Assembly (NCBI GenBank): GCA_951406725.2
Contig: OX597830.1
Coordinates: 14,012,001-14,076,000, forward strand
DNA from: Octopus vulgaris
Lineage: Eukaryota
DNA length: 64,000 nt
Direction: 5' to 3'
The notes below the pieces were generated by a model that did not search any database, was not told the origin of the DNA, and saw nothing but the letters and a program-made list of their open reading frames with translations. The position numbers and the translations under genes were made by a program. This document shows positions 26,595 through 38,772 of this stretch, one piece after another (position 1 is the first letter of the stretch; every line of letters starts with the position of its first letter).

Positions 26595-27114
26595 ACTTAT
26601 AAATAAGGCCTAAAGAAAATTATGTCAATGCCAATATGCTGATAACAGACTTTTAAATCGTCAATTTCTACATATTATTTACTCGCTACAGAAAAAAACA
26701 CGAAGAACTGAAATCGGGGAAAGCCGGCCGATAGAAAATTTTTAAAACGTTCGTTATTTCTCTATTGAATCAATTTCGGAATTAATCTCATGATAGATTC
26801 TTTCCTCTTCAGTAGAACATACGAAAGGATATAAATAAGATACTTACATGCGTCCATGGAAAAAAACCGAAGCAAAATTCATGAGTACTTATAAGTACCC
26901 CAGATATATCTAAAAACAGATATTGTGCTGAGGCTGACCAAGGAATTTTATTTTTAGATATATCTGGGGTACTTATATGTTCTCATGATTTTTGCTTCGG
27001 CTTTTTTCCATGGGCGCATGTAAGTATCTTATTTATATCCTTTCGTATGTTCTACTGAAGAGGAAAGAATCTTTTTATGAGATTAATTCTAAAAAAAACT
27101 TCATCCTATATATC

Positions 27115-27115
<1 letters not shown>
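26590..27115 (-). mobile_element. (TA)n-flanked fold-back element with a hammerhead motif (second family)
   Basis: ~138-bp inverted arms at 26779-26916 and 26951-27089, with several mismatches. Confidence 0.75.
26758..26817 (-). ncRNA. Type I hammerhead ribozyme motif
   Basis: Minus strand TTCTA CTGAAGA GGAA ag AATCT atcatg AGATT aa TTCC GAAA TTGATTCAA TA GAGAA. The closing pair of stem I is an A-G mismatch. Confidence 0.7.
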
Positions 27116-27155
<40 letters not shown>

Positions 27156-27347
27156 CATTATATAAAAGGGCTTAGTAAAATAAATTACTTTGCCGCATAC
27201 TGAACTCATTAGAAATAGCAGCTAAAAAACTTTTTTAAAGCTATTTCTAATACTTAAAGAAAATCTCTCTCATATATAGTGCTTGCTTAATTCAACTCAC
27301 AAAAGTTTGGGGGTAAGGACATCAAAAAATCGAATGCTAAGGTTATT

Positions 27348-27399
27348 TGAGAACGTACGTTTCAAGATTAGTCAAAACAACACTTCTATCATCAGCTCA
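27348..27399 (-). ncRNA. Type I hammerhead ribozyme motif, copy 1
   Basis: Minus strand TGAG CTGATGA T AGA AGT gttgttttg ACT aa TCT T GAAA C GTAC G TT CTCA. Confidence 0.78.
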
Positions 27400-27892
27400 G
27401 AAACTCCTTGGTTTGGATTTGGAAACACTGAAAGTAAGAACATACCCTTTCGAAGATCTGATCGCAACTAACAGTGCCAACAAACCCAAATAAGCAAGCG
27501 AAGAATTTCTGCTCTCCCCTTTCCACCAGCGTGGGTTAAAATTATCAAACACTATGCTTATTTCGGTAAAATCCGAAGCATTAATTAGAGGGAGATTAAT
27601 TATAATTTCAACAATTGAGGGTAAAATTAATTAATTATTAATCAATTTCACCAAGTGTTCAGTATGCAAAGGGACCATTTAAGGCGAATTCAAATTATTA
27701 CATTATATAAAAGGGCTTAGTAAAATAAATTACTTTGCCGCATACTGAACTCATTAGAAATAGCAGCTAAAAAACTTTTTTAAAGCTATTTCTAATACTT
27801 AAAGAAAATCTCTCTCATATATAGTGCTTGCTTAATTCAACTCACAAAAGTTTGGGGGTAAGGACATCAAAAAATCGAATGCTAAGGTTATT

Positions 27893-27944
27893 TGAGAACG
27901 TACGTTTCAAGATTAGTCAAAACAACACTTCTATCATCAGCTCA
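27893..27944 (-). ncRNA. Type I hammerhead ribozyme motif, copy 2
   Basis: Identical to copy 1, 545 bp away. Confidence 0.78.
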
Positions 27945-28508
27945 GAAACTCCTTGGTTTGGATTTGGAAACACTGAAAGTAAGAACATACACTTTCGAAG
28001 ATCTGATCGCAACTATCAGTGCCAACAAACCTAAATAAGCAAGCGAAGAATTTCTGCATTCTGTGAGTTGAATTAAGCAAGCACTATATATGAGAGAGAT
28101 TTTCTTTAAGTATTAGAAATAGCTTTAAAAAAGTTTTTTAGCTGCTATTTCTAATGAGTTCAGTATGCGGCAAAGTAATTTATTTTACTAAGCCCTTTTA
28201 TATAATGTAATAATTTGAATTCGCCTTAAATGGTCCCTTTGCATACTGAACACTTGGTGAAATTGATTAATAATTAATTAATTTTACCCTCAATTGTTGA
28301 AATTATAATTAATCTCCCTCTAATTAATGCTTCGGATTTTACCGAAATAAGCATAGTGTTTGATAATTTTAACCCACGCTGGTGGAAAGGGGAGAGCAGA
28401 AATTCTTCGCTTGCTTATTTGGGTTTGTTGGCACTGTTAGTTGCGATCAGATCTTCGAAAGGGTATGTTCTTACTTTCAGTGTTTCCAAATCCAAACCAA
28501 GGAGTTTC

Positions 28509-28560
28509 TGTGCTGATGATACAAGTGTTGTTTTGACTAATCTTGAAACGTACGTTCTCA
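28509..28560 (+). ncRNA. Type I hammerhead motif, copy 3 (two helix-disrupting substitutions)
   Basis: TGTG CTGATGA TACAAGT...TCTT GAAACGTACGTT CTCA. Confidence 0.65.
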
Positions 28561-28870
28561 AATAACCTTAGCATTCGATTTTTTGATGTCCTTACCCCCA
28601 AACTTTTGTGAGTTGAATTAAGCAAGCACTATATATGAGAGAGATTTTCTTTAAGTATTAGAAATAGCTTTAAAAAAGTTTTTTAGCTGCTATTTCTAAT
28701 GAGTTCAGTATGCGGCAAAGTAATTTATTTTACTAAGCCCTTTTATATAATGTAATAATTTGAATTCGCCTTAAATGGTCCCTTTGCATACTGAACACTT
28801 GGTGAAATTGATTAATAATTAATTAATTTTACCCTCAATTGTTGAAATTATATATATATATATATATCAA

Positions 28871-28962
28871 ATAGAGGGTACTATTATTCATAGGTACCGC
28901 ACGCTAGGAGGGACTTTTGCAGTCAAAACTACTAAAATACTATGAATAATAGTACCCTCTAT
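28871..28962. repeat. Perfect 23-bp inverted repeat
   Basis: ATAGAGGGTACTATTATTCATAG (28871-28893) / CTATGAATAATAGTACCCTCTAT (28940-28962). Confidence 0.9.
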
Positions 28963-29074
28963 ATAATATAAATAAGTATTTTCAAAGTTGAAAAAATTTA
29001 CACATTTTTTCTCTTACGAGGTTTTTCACGCTAACTACTGATAATTCCTTATAAAGATTTTATCTTTATTTTTT

Positions 29075-29136
<62 letters not shown>

Positions 29137-29601
29137 CATATATATTGCATTGTGTATATGTGAGTGTACGTATGTGTATATCTACATACATGCTCGCATG
29201 TATATAATCAGAGAAAGAGAGACAGAGAGATGTTTTCAGGGCAATGACAAAAAACAAAATCGACATCTCGAATTGTCAGTAACATCAACAAGTTGATCAT
29301 ATGAATACAATTTAAACCATTTCAGGATCCCTTTTCTCTGTCTCTGGTACTTTCTTTCTTTCCTTCGTTTTTTTCTTTCGTTCTTTCTTTCGTTCTTTCT
29401 TTCTTTCTTTCTTTCTTTCCTTCCTTCTTTCCTTCCTTTCTCGTCCTTCTTCCTGTCTTTATTTATCTATTTATTTATTTCATTGTTTCTTTCTTTCATT
29501 TTGTCTTTCTTTTCTTCCCAATTCTTCTCCGTCTGTCCGAATATTCAGCTACCATACACATGCTTACACACACACATTCATGCATAAAGGTAGAGAGAGA
29601 A

Positions 29602-29637
<36 letters not shown>

Positions 29638-29769
29638 GGAGAGAGAGGTGTCTTCAAAACAATAACTAAAACAAAAAATGACATCTTGAAATGTCATTAA
29701 CTTCAAACAGCTGTGAAACAACTGACCATAAAAATACAATGAGAGCCATCTTAGAAAAAAGGCGCTTCC

Positions 29770-30350
29770 CATTCTTTCTTTCTTTCTTTCTTTCTTTCTT
29801 TTTTCTTTCTTTTTTCCTTCCTTTCTTTCTTTCCTTCCTTTCTTTCTTTCTTTTTTTCTTTCTTTCTTTCTTTCTTTCTTCCTTTCTTTCTTTCTTCCTT
29901 TCTTTCTTTCTTTCTTCCTTTCTTTCTTTCTTTCTTCTTTTCTTTCTTTCTTCCTTTCTTTCTTTCTTTTTTCTTTCTTTTTCGTTCCTTTCTTTTTTCT
30001 TTCTTTCTTTTCTTCCTTTCTTTATTTCTTTCCTTCTTTGTTTGTTTGTTTGTTTGTTTGTTTGTTTGTTTCTTTTTTCTCTCTTTTTTCCTTTCTATCT
30101 TTCTTTCTTTCTTTTTTCTTTCTTTTTTCTTTCTTTTTCCTTCCTTTCTTTTTTCTTTCTTTCTTTCTTTCTTTCTTCCTTTTTTCCTTTCTTTCTTTTC
30201 TTCCTTTCTTTCTTTCTTTCCTTCTTTTTTCTTTCTTTCTTTCTTTCTTTCTTTATGTCTTTTCTCTTTCTCTTTCTCTCTTTCTCTCCTTTCCTGCACT
30301 TATTTCTGACCTGTCTATTTTCTCTCTTTATTTCCTTATTTCTCTTTTCT
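29770..30350. repeat. (TTTC)n polypyrimidine low-complexity tract
   Basis: Seen directly; explains the FLSF/KKER ORFs. Confidence 0.96.
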
Positions 30351-30581
30351 GCTCCTTCGAACCAATCATTCGTCACACACACACATGCTTACATGCACAC
30401 GCGTGCATGCACACACCACGCGCGCGCGCGCACACAGACAGACAGACACACACACACACACACACACAAAGGCACACACAGATACATAGAACATTCTCTT
30501 CCAGATTATATAAAATGCATAAATTTTCTGTAAAATATATTTGATGAGCTTTTGATGCGAAACTCTGTGTGTGTGTGTGTG

Positions 30582-30649
<68 letters not shown>

Positions 30650-30725
30650 AATATGTATATATATAAATATATATATATATATTTATATATATACATATTT
30701 ATATATATATATATATTAATATATT

Positions 30726-30812
<87 letters not shown>

Positions 30813-31144
30813 TAAAAGGGATAAGCTATCCTGGCGGATACCATATTATCTCTGAAATTGGTTTAGATGCCTGCTATCCACAACATTCTATTATATAGTG
30901 CTCAAGTACTGGTTCTGGTAAACTTCACTCGTTGGGTAATTCCGTGTTCCTATTCAAAACTGCAAATATTCTGCAAAGTATTTAATAACATTCACAACCA
31001 AGAGAAGAGTGGATATCTTATTCACATCCGAAAACGACATAAATAACTGACAAATATAATGGCAAACAAAACCAATGCCGAAATAAAAACCAGGTAAATA
31101 GGTTAAACACTTTTACAAAACGCATAGTTAGAAATAGTAATACA

Positions 31145-31385
31145 TACCTCAGTAACATAGGTGCGTTACTGAGGTAACGAGTGGTATATAATTCCTTTCG
31201 GAAAGAGAATAATTTCCAATATACCTAAATTGTTCTATTCGGGATTGGCTAAACATTTCCCCAAAAGCAATAGATATTATGGAATATTTGATATACATAG
31301 ATTTAGACTAACCTTTTCTAATAGCAAAACTCTAGCACAAGTTATAGCAGCACACAATGCTGGTAGATTAAATAGTTTCCATATA
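31145..31385 (+). mobile_element. PLE coding fragment (post-RT linker) starting at a 12-bp fold-back junction
   Basis: From 31182: WYIIPFGKRIISNIPKLFYSGLAKHFPKSNRYYGIFDIHRFRLTFSNSKTLAQVIAAHN, resembling the PLE pattern WFNPPF...KHFP...IFNRNTVKxSYS...IIxxHN. Hairpin TACCTCAGTAAC/GTTACTGAGGTA at 31145-31176. Confidence 0.7.
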
Positions 31386-31949
31386 AATAATAACAACAAT
31401 GGTAACCAGAATAATAATTATAGATCAATAAATAGATCAATAGGCACAGGAGTGGCTGTGCGGTAAGTGGCTTGCTTACGAACCACATGGTTCCGTGTTC
31501 ATTCCCACTGCGTGTCTTCTACTATAGCCTCGGGGCGACCAAAGCTTTGTGAGTGAATTTGGTAGACGGAAAGTTTTGTAATATAATAACAAAATATGAA
31601 TTAGAGCAGTTGTATATTGTCAACATAACGTGACAGTCCCGTAAAGGGAATCACATCACCGCTATTTAGCCCTAGGAAGCGCCAACGCTTCAGTCTGGAG
31701 CAGCACTGCTTCCTAGCTGCAGATGCCTGTCTAGACCTTGTAAACATATAATAATTCAAGTGAAATAAATCCACTGATCACAAAAAATAGAAATATTATA
31801 TTTCTAATTATCTCAGAGAGATATAAGCAGTGGTGGGACAACAGAGCAGTTGTATACTGTCAACTTAACGTGACAGTCCATAAAGGGAATCACACCAATG
31901 CTATTTAGCCCTAGGACGCATCAACTCTTTCTATCGCCCTTGACACATT

Positions 31950-32320
31950 TCCTGTGCCCTGCTGTTTACAAAGGGGAGACAAGCAAAATATGAATTCCTT
32001 TCGGAACTTACATACTATGGACAAGAATCTTCTTCGCCCATTCTACACAGCACATTCTTTGGATAATGAAACTGCAATTGTAACATCCAACATATTTTAT
32101 TTTTATTCTCATATTTCTCTTTATACTTCCCATATCCCACCCTTATCAAAATAACATTTTATATTGAACTCTACTGTTTCTTTCTATTTAACTATCTCAT
32201 ATCGACTCTGATGGTGGGATATCCTTTATATCCCCGAAACAACTGTAAAACTACTTTTCTCTTTATAAATGTCCTAGAAATTTCACACTGTCTTGGCTTT
32301 GTTGTCTCATTTTATTCAAC
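31950..32320 (+). mobile_element. Probable PLE 3' end / pseudo-LTR with a degenerate hammerhead (32204-32251)
   Basis: GACT CTGATGG T GGGATAT CCTTT ATATCCC C GAAAC AACT GTA. Stem II is intact; core A9 and stem I have decayed. Confidence 0.45.
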
Positions 32321-32333
32321 ACACACACAGAGA

Positions 32334-32890
32334 CAGGGTGGGGCAGAGAGGAGGGAGGTTTTTGGAAAATTCCCAAAATCATTAATTTTCGCTGCAAGCA
32401 AATTTTATTGACATCAATATGTTGGTATTGAATTAGCATTTCCCAAAATCAAGCGTGGAAAACAACATCCATCATGTGGTGTCCGTTTTCAGTGATGCAT
32501 TTCTGAAGGCGTTCTTGGAAGTCGGCCTCCACTCTCTCCAGTATTGCTCTGTGCATAGTCCTGTGGTTTCAACTGTTGCCAAATGACCACTTTGTACGGG
32601 TGGAAACGCAAGACTTCATGCAAAATAAGCCTTACCGATCGATTACCGATTCCAAGTTTAGTGGGATGCCTCCGTGCAAAGAGATCTGGACTCGGTATCA
32701 AAGCTTGTCTGACGCGTAATTGTCGTAGGCAAAGACGCGATGCTCAATCGGCCACAGCGCCATGGTTTCACGTAAAAAGAAAATCTGCCAAAACACCACG
32801 GACCAAATGGCACCTATCGGATATATGTCCCTCCTCCTGGGGCTGAATGATAAACATTTCAAAAACGTCCGTCATCTCTGCCCCACCCTG
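32334..32890 (-). mobile_element. Internally deleted Tc1/mariner-superfamily DNA transposon
   Basis: ~34-bp TIRs starting CAGGGTGGGGCAGAGA at both ends, TA at the right flank. Minus-strand transposase remnant LGIGNRSVRLILHEVLRFHPYKVVIWQQLKPQD. Confidence 0.88.
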
Positions 32891-32969
32891 TACATACATA
32901 CTAACATACATACATACATACATAATACGTACATACATACATAAATACATACATACATACATACATACA

Positions 32970-33516
32970 TGGTGGCTGCCCCCTCGTTATCGAGTATGGC
33001 CATTGCACGAAGCTTAATCAATGTTGTTATCGTGCGATGCCTGTGCAAGAAGATTTTTTTTAAGTGAGGAAAGGCTGCGAATTGAGTCAATCCCACTCAC
33101 TAAGCAACAGCGGCCATAATCCGAAAACAAGAACAAGTCAACATCATCGGTAACCACTGAGACGCAGGTTTTATGTCGGAGTTATCCCAGTTACCTGAGT
33201 TAGCTTCTAGAAGGATGCCCTAACAAAGGCTAGGAGTCCTTCACTCCCAATGGTTTAACCGCGCGATCGGGTATTCAGTCCGATTATTTCTGTCCCCGCG
33301 CATGATACAGCCTTAAGGCATTTATTGGATGGCCGTTGACTCTTAAGAGTTCCTCCGCCCTTTGACGGGTTTTGCTTTTCATCCCGAAGGGTGTCCAATA
33401 AACACCCTCCTCACCAAGCAAGTTTGGTGGGGTTGCCGGTTTAGTCGCCGACGGCCCGACCATGCAACAGGTTGTACTGGGTTACATGTTACCAGTAGCA
33501 CTCGGAAGTGACCTGA
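32970..33516 (-). mobile_element. Non-coding ~550-bp retroposon in (TACA)n, probably an RTE-derived non-autonomous element
   Basis: GC-richer unique block flanked by (TACA)n on both sides. Minus-strand GGGCATCC...TAACTC...AAACC resembles RTE 5'UTR sequence (recall only). Confidence 0.5.
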
Positions 33517-33875
33517 CATACATACATACATACATACATACATACATACATACATACATACATACATACATACATACATACATACATACATTCATACATA
33601 CATACATACATATAAAAGTCTAATCAACTGTGCAGTGAAACTGAAGCTATTGTGAATAAATAAATAAATGAATACATTTGCATTTACTGTTGAGTGATGT
33701 CACTTCTCAACCTTGTTTCACATGTCACCATTTCAAAAGCTTTATTGTTTTTCTCTTTGTCTACCTTCCTCTTTCTCCTCACTCTGTCCGTCTGTCTTTT
33801 TCTGTCCATCTGTTCATAACTACATATGTATAGAAAGATAGACACACACACACACACACACACACAGGCACACAG

Positions 33876-33919
<44 letters not shown>

Positions 33920-33955
33920 TGTATTATATTACATTACATTATGTCATACAATGTA

Positions 33956-34165
33956 AGGCAGCGAGCTGGCAGAATGGTTAGCACGTCGGGCAAATTTCTT
34001 AGCGGCGTTTCGTCCGTCTTTACGTTCTGAGTTCAAATTCCACCGAGGTAGACTTTGCTTTTCCTCTTTTCAGGGTTGATAGAATAAGCACTCATTGATC
34101 ATTGGGATCGATATCATCGGCCTAACTCCTCTCCCCAAATTGCTGGCCTTGTGCCAAAATTTGAA
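33956..34165 (+). mobile_element. SINE B (GGCCTTGTGCC-tail variant), followed by a repeat E fragment (~34180-34345, minus)
   Basis: Family B head and core; the next segment matches the reverse complement of ~47050-47210. Confidence 0.8.
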
Positions 34166-34871
34166 GCTGTTATTATTCTTTTGTGAGATCGCAACACACG
34201 CCATTAAAGTGACCTCGGGGTAGAAAAATACGAAATCCAATATACCCGTCATGATTACTCGTCTGTTAAGGATACACCGGGCACGTGTATCACATCAACA
34301 TGTGCGCAACATAATGACCTCATATCAAGATAAACAACTGGTCTCCCACCTTGAGGGTCAAGTAGCTTATCCTGCTCAAAAGTCACCCTTCGACCACCCG
34401 AAATTGTTAGCCTTGCGCCAGAATTTGAAACAAATATATCAAATACTAATTATAATCTTGGCCGATGGCTTCACAGTTTGTCATGCAATCATATTATCTA
34501 CCTCTTTAAAGATCATCATCGAAGCCAATAAAGCCCCTTTAATAGGGAATTCTAGAATTTAGCTAATGAGAATTTTACCAAGACTGGGGCCTATACAGAG
34601 ACTCAAGAGGGGATGTAGCGTTATTATACCAGCAACAATTTCAAAGATATAGTTTATCGCATATTCCCGTGAATAATTTTACGCCAGAGAACACTAAGTA
34701 GAACTAATACATGCTATCATTTGTCATAAAAACCTCTAATGATACAGACGTATGTATTTGCATTAGTGAGTGTGTATATATGTGTGCTAATATGCACAAG
34801 TAAGTTTTTGGGGTGCTTCATTCGGCAACTATGTGCATTTGTGCGATTCACGTTGGGCGCAGTATTTTTTA

Positions 34872-35101
34872 GGCGGCGAGCTGGCAGAAACGTTAGCACG
34901 CCGGGCGAAATGCGTAGCAGTAGTTCGTCTGCCGTTACGTTCTGAGTTCAAATTCCGCTGAGGTAGACTTTGCCTTTCATCCTTTCGGGGTCGATAAATT
35001 TAGTACCAGTTGCGCACTGGGGTCGATATAATCGACTTAATCCGTTTGTCTGTCCTTGTTTGTCCCCTCTGTGTTTAGCCCATTGTGGGTAGTAAAGAAA
35101 T
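34872..35101 (+). mobile_element. SINE family B, full length
   Basis: GGCGGCGAGCTGGCAGAAACGTTAGC...TTGTGGGTAGTAAAGAAAT. Confidence 0.92.
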
Positions 35102-35349
35102 ATATATGTATATATTCAAGTTCATTAGAGGCACCCACCTCACCATTCAATTATAAAGTTTCAAAGCATTAAGGCACCCAAATCGAAATTCTAGAGTCAA
35201 ATTAAACTTTTAAATTTCATATTGAACAGTAATTATATAAGCTCACAGAAGTTTTCATTTTTACCATAAATATAGTAACTCTCAAATCACTAGCACATAT
35301 TTATAAGAAATCGTCTTTTCAACACAATATATATATGTGTATGTGTGGG

Positions 35350-35440
<91 letters not shown>

Positions 35441-35443
<3 letters not shown>

Positions 35444-35812
35444 CATTGAAATTGAGAAAATGTGGCATCTCAAGGCGGTTACAATACCAGTGATCGTAGG
35501 GGCACTAGGAATGATCAAGAAGGGAACCGAAAATTATATGAGAATGATCCCTGGCTTACCATCCCTGCAAGAAGTGCAAAAGATTGTCTTAACTGGTACA
35601 TCACACGTATTGAGAAGAGCATTGTCGATGTGAGAACTGTTGCTGCTCATGTATTTTAATTTAACTTTAAAAAAAAAAAAAAAAAAAAATGAACGAACTA
35701 CTGAGTTTGGTTTAATGGCCTACCAATATATACTATGAGTTTCTTTGCCCTAGGAGTCGGGAAGACACTCGGCAAGAAATGGAAGCAAATTTGAAAGAAG
35801 AAAAAAAAAAAA
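35441..35812 (+). mobile_element. 5'-truncated R4/Dong-clade non-LTR retrotransposon inserted in (TAA)n
   Basis: EIEKMWHLKAVTIPVIVGALGMIKK...QKIVLTGTSHVLRRALSM* (RLE C-terminus) plus 3'UTR; (TAA)n on both sides. Confidence 0.88.
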
Positions 35813-36194
35813 AAATAATAATAATAATAATAGTAATAATAATATTAGGGAGTATGGCTCCAGACTTATAGGGAAACATTAGATTTAGTATTAAATCAAA
35901 TTTCACAGTATAAATATATAAAATATAAAATATGAATTAGAGATAAAACCACTATACTTAAACAGTGATAGACATAAACCAATACATAAATAACAAATAA
36001 TATAAATATAATTAATATAATATATAATATATATATATCATTTATATATATACACGCATATAATACGTGTATATATATGTGTGTGTGTGTGTGTGTATGT
36101 GTGCGTGTATGTGTGTGTGATGCATATATATATATATGTGTGTGTATGTATATGTATATATATATATATACATACACACACATATATATATATA

Positions 36195-36268
<74 letters not shown>

Positions 36269-36636
36269 GGCAGATAGGAACGGAGAGAGGGAAATGAGAA
36301 AGAGAGTTGATTACTGATCACGGGTTTTGCTTTTTCACATACAATTCTAAAATGTCTTCTTAATGAGTTCCCTAATACTTTTCTAAGCTAGATTCCTTTT
36401 ACAAATACACGCAGAAATCAAATCCTCGAGTTCTATTTTATCTTTTTGTCTTTGACATATATTACATGGCTTCTTATTCATTTCTGCTATTGTTCCTTAT
36501 GAAAAATAGTACTTATTCCACTGTATATATGTTTTTTACCCGGCATAAGCGTGTATATATGTGTGTACGTGCGTGTATTCTGGAGAGAGTCTGTTTATAT
36601 GAAAATATGTCTTTGAGTAATATGTGTGTTTGGATG

Positions 36637-36679
<43 letters not shown>

Positions 36680-36888
36680 AGTTCAGTGGGATTTGTCGTT
36701 CGGACTTTTCAGATTTTTTCACTCGTTTTTACAGTCTTCTAATTTTCATGCTGATTCGGAACAATTCTGTTTGAGCTTTAAAAAGAACCAATTAAAAAAA
36801 AAATCCCAAAATCAAAACAGAACAAATCAAAACAAAAAAACATTAACTAGATAATCACCAACAACACTTTGTTCGCCATTGTCTTCAG

Positions 36889-36966
36889 ACGGTAGCAGAG
36901 ATGGTAAATCGCTGAAGAATTGACGTCCAATCCAGACTTTGTATTATTCTGGAATTCTGATATTTG
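36889..36966 (+). pseudogene. Decayed class C GPCR exon (later VFT)
   Basis: Acceptor gtcttcag|, donor ttg|gtaatg. Reads TVAEMV / LKN*RPIQTLYYSG (compare AMVxxxxxxWxYVxxVYS). Confidence 0.45.
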
Positions 36967-37397
36967 GTAATGTATAGAAAATGAAAAAATATCAAAAGTT
37001 ATCTATTTTTCAACCTCCATTACCATCCTCTTTGCTGAGTCTAAATACCTCCATTTCTTTATTCGATCTATTACTTTTCCTGCTACTCATAATTTTTCTT
37101 TATATCTTTCCATTTCCATTTCTCTAAACATCTCTATTTATTTCTCATTTTCTTTCTTTCGCTTTCTCTATACGATTTTGTGTGCGTGTATATGTGTACT
37201 ATATTGCTGTATAATTTGGGTGAATACATTACAAATATGTGCGAGTTTGTGTGTGTTTGTGTGTGTGTGTGTGCGTATGTTTTTATAGGGTTATATTTGC
37301 TTCTGTGTCTGTAGTTTATATATAAAACATAAATTAATAAATGAATCTATAACTTTAGACATACATAAACTGCTATTCACAGACACGCACACAAGCG

Positions 37398-37459
<62 letters not shown>

Positions 37460-37502
37460 TATACATATATATATATGTATATATACATATACATATATAC
37501 AT

Positions 37503-37560
<58 letters not shown>

Positions 37561-37907
37561 AGTGAAAAAACCTTGCCTCTATTTAAAATCGCTATATACA
37601 TACTATAGAGATTTAATACAGATATATCGGGCAAAGGTACAACGGTTGCATATATCTCCACACATATATACTCGTACACATACATACACAGACACATACA
37701 CGCAAATATATATTTAGGTATATAATACATACATACATACATACATACACGTATATGCGTACGTATATGCACATATATATGCATGGGATATATATTTATA
37801 TTCATATATATATATACATATATGTGTATATATTCATATGTGTGTGCGCATACACTCAAATTATATGAATTTATTGATCAAAATTTCTGTTGGATTTCTG
37901 ATCTCAG

Positions 37908-38050
37908 CTTTTATTCGTTTATCCCAGTTGATTATCACTATATTTACCATTTACCATTTCCTTGGAACGGATAATGTATCACTGGAGATCTATAAAACAT
38001 TTAACATCAACCAGAGGAAAACCTATTCCTCCTCACTCGACCAAAACGTT
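37908..38050 (+). pseudogene. Possible decayed class C GPCR exon
   Basis: Phase-1 acceptor atctcag| giving AFIRLSQLIITI...YHFLGTD. Weak match; the 3' boundary is unclear. Confidence 0.25.
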
Positions 38051-38395
38051 TAATGTGAAAACGGGAATTATAAATATTTAATAAAATGTCTTTATTAGCA
38101 GACAAATAGATTCATATGCACACACATTTGCATACACATAAATATACATACGTACAAACATATATATACATACAAACATATATATACATACAAACATATA
38201 TATATATATACATACGAACACATATACATATATATATATATACATATATGCATGTACATATATATATGCACACTATATATAAATATTCTCACATTGGCAC
38301 ACATACTCTCTCACTCTGTCTCTCACACAGACAGACATGCAAGCATATGTAATATCTGTATAGATACATACATACATACATATATATATATACAT

Positions 38396-38480
<85 letters not shown>

Positions 38481-38717
38481 TATATATAAAGATATGTATA
38501 TATATGTTGTGTGTGTGTGTACAATTATACGCGCTCCCACAGTTCGCTCATGAATTTTCACGCATACACATTTATGAAAATCTAAATACATAAGTAGACT
38601 GCATGTTCATGCCCAGATATTATATATGCATATATGTATGTAATGTGTATACACACACACACACACACACACAAATACATACACAGACATATATATATGC
38701 ATATACGCATATAATAC

Positions 38718-38772
<55 letters not shown>

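Larger units (their letters stand above)
27155..28850. mobile_element. 545-bp hammerhead-bearing unit in tandem (27155-28057) then inverted tandem (28062-28850); retrozyme / non-autonomous PLE-like
   Basis: Unit starts at 27155 and again at 27700. Copies are near-identical, with (TA)n on both flanks and no coding capacity. Confidence 0.88.

Noticed and set aside
27283-28625. Thrice-repeated 62-68 aa ORF MLNSTHKSLGV...
   Set aside because: Non-ATG start and no recognisable domain; it only reflects the 545-bp repeat and is antisense to the hammerhead.
29180-29770. Two similar ~130-bp segments about 430 bp apart; likewise 31600-31680 vs 31843-31920
   Set aside because: Ordinary old local duplications or repeat fragments with no further structure evident.
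34440-34650. Possible extra GPCR exon (APLIGNSRI*...VIIPATISK)
   Set aside because: Position fits, but the motif match is faint and there is no canonical donor.
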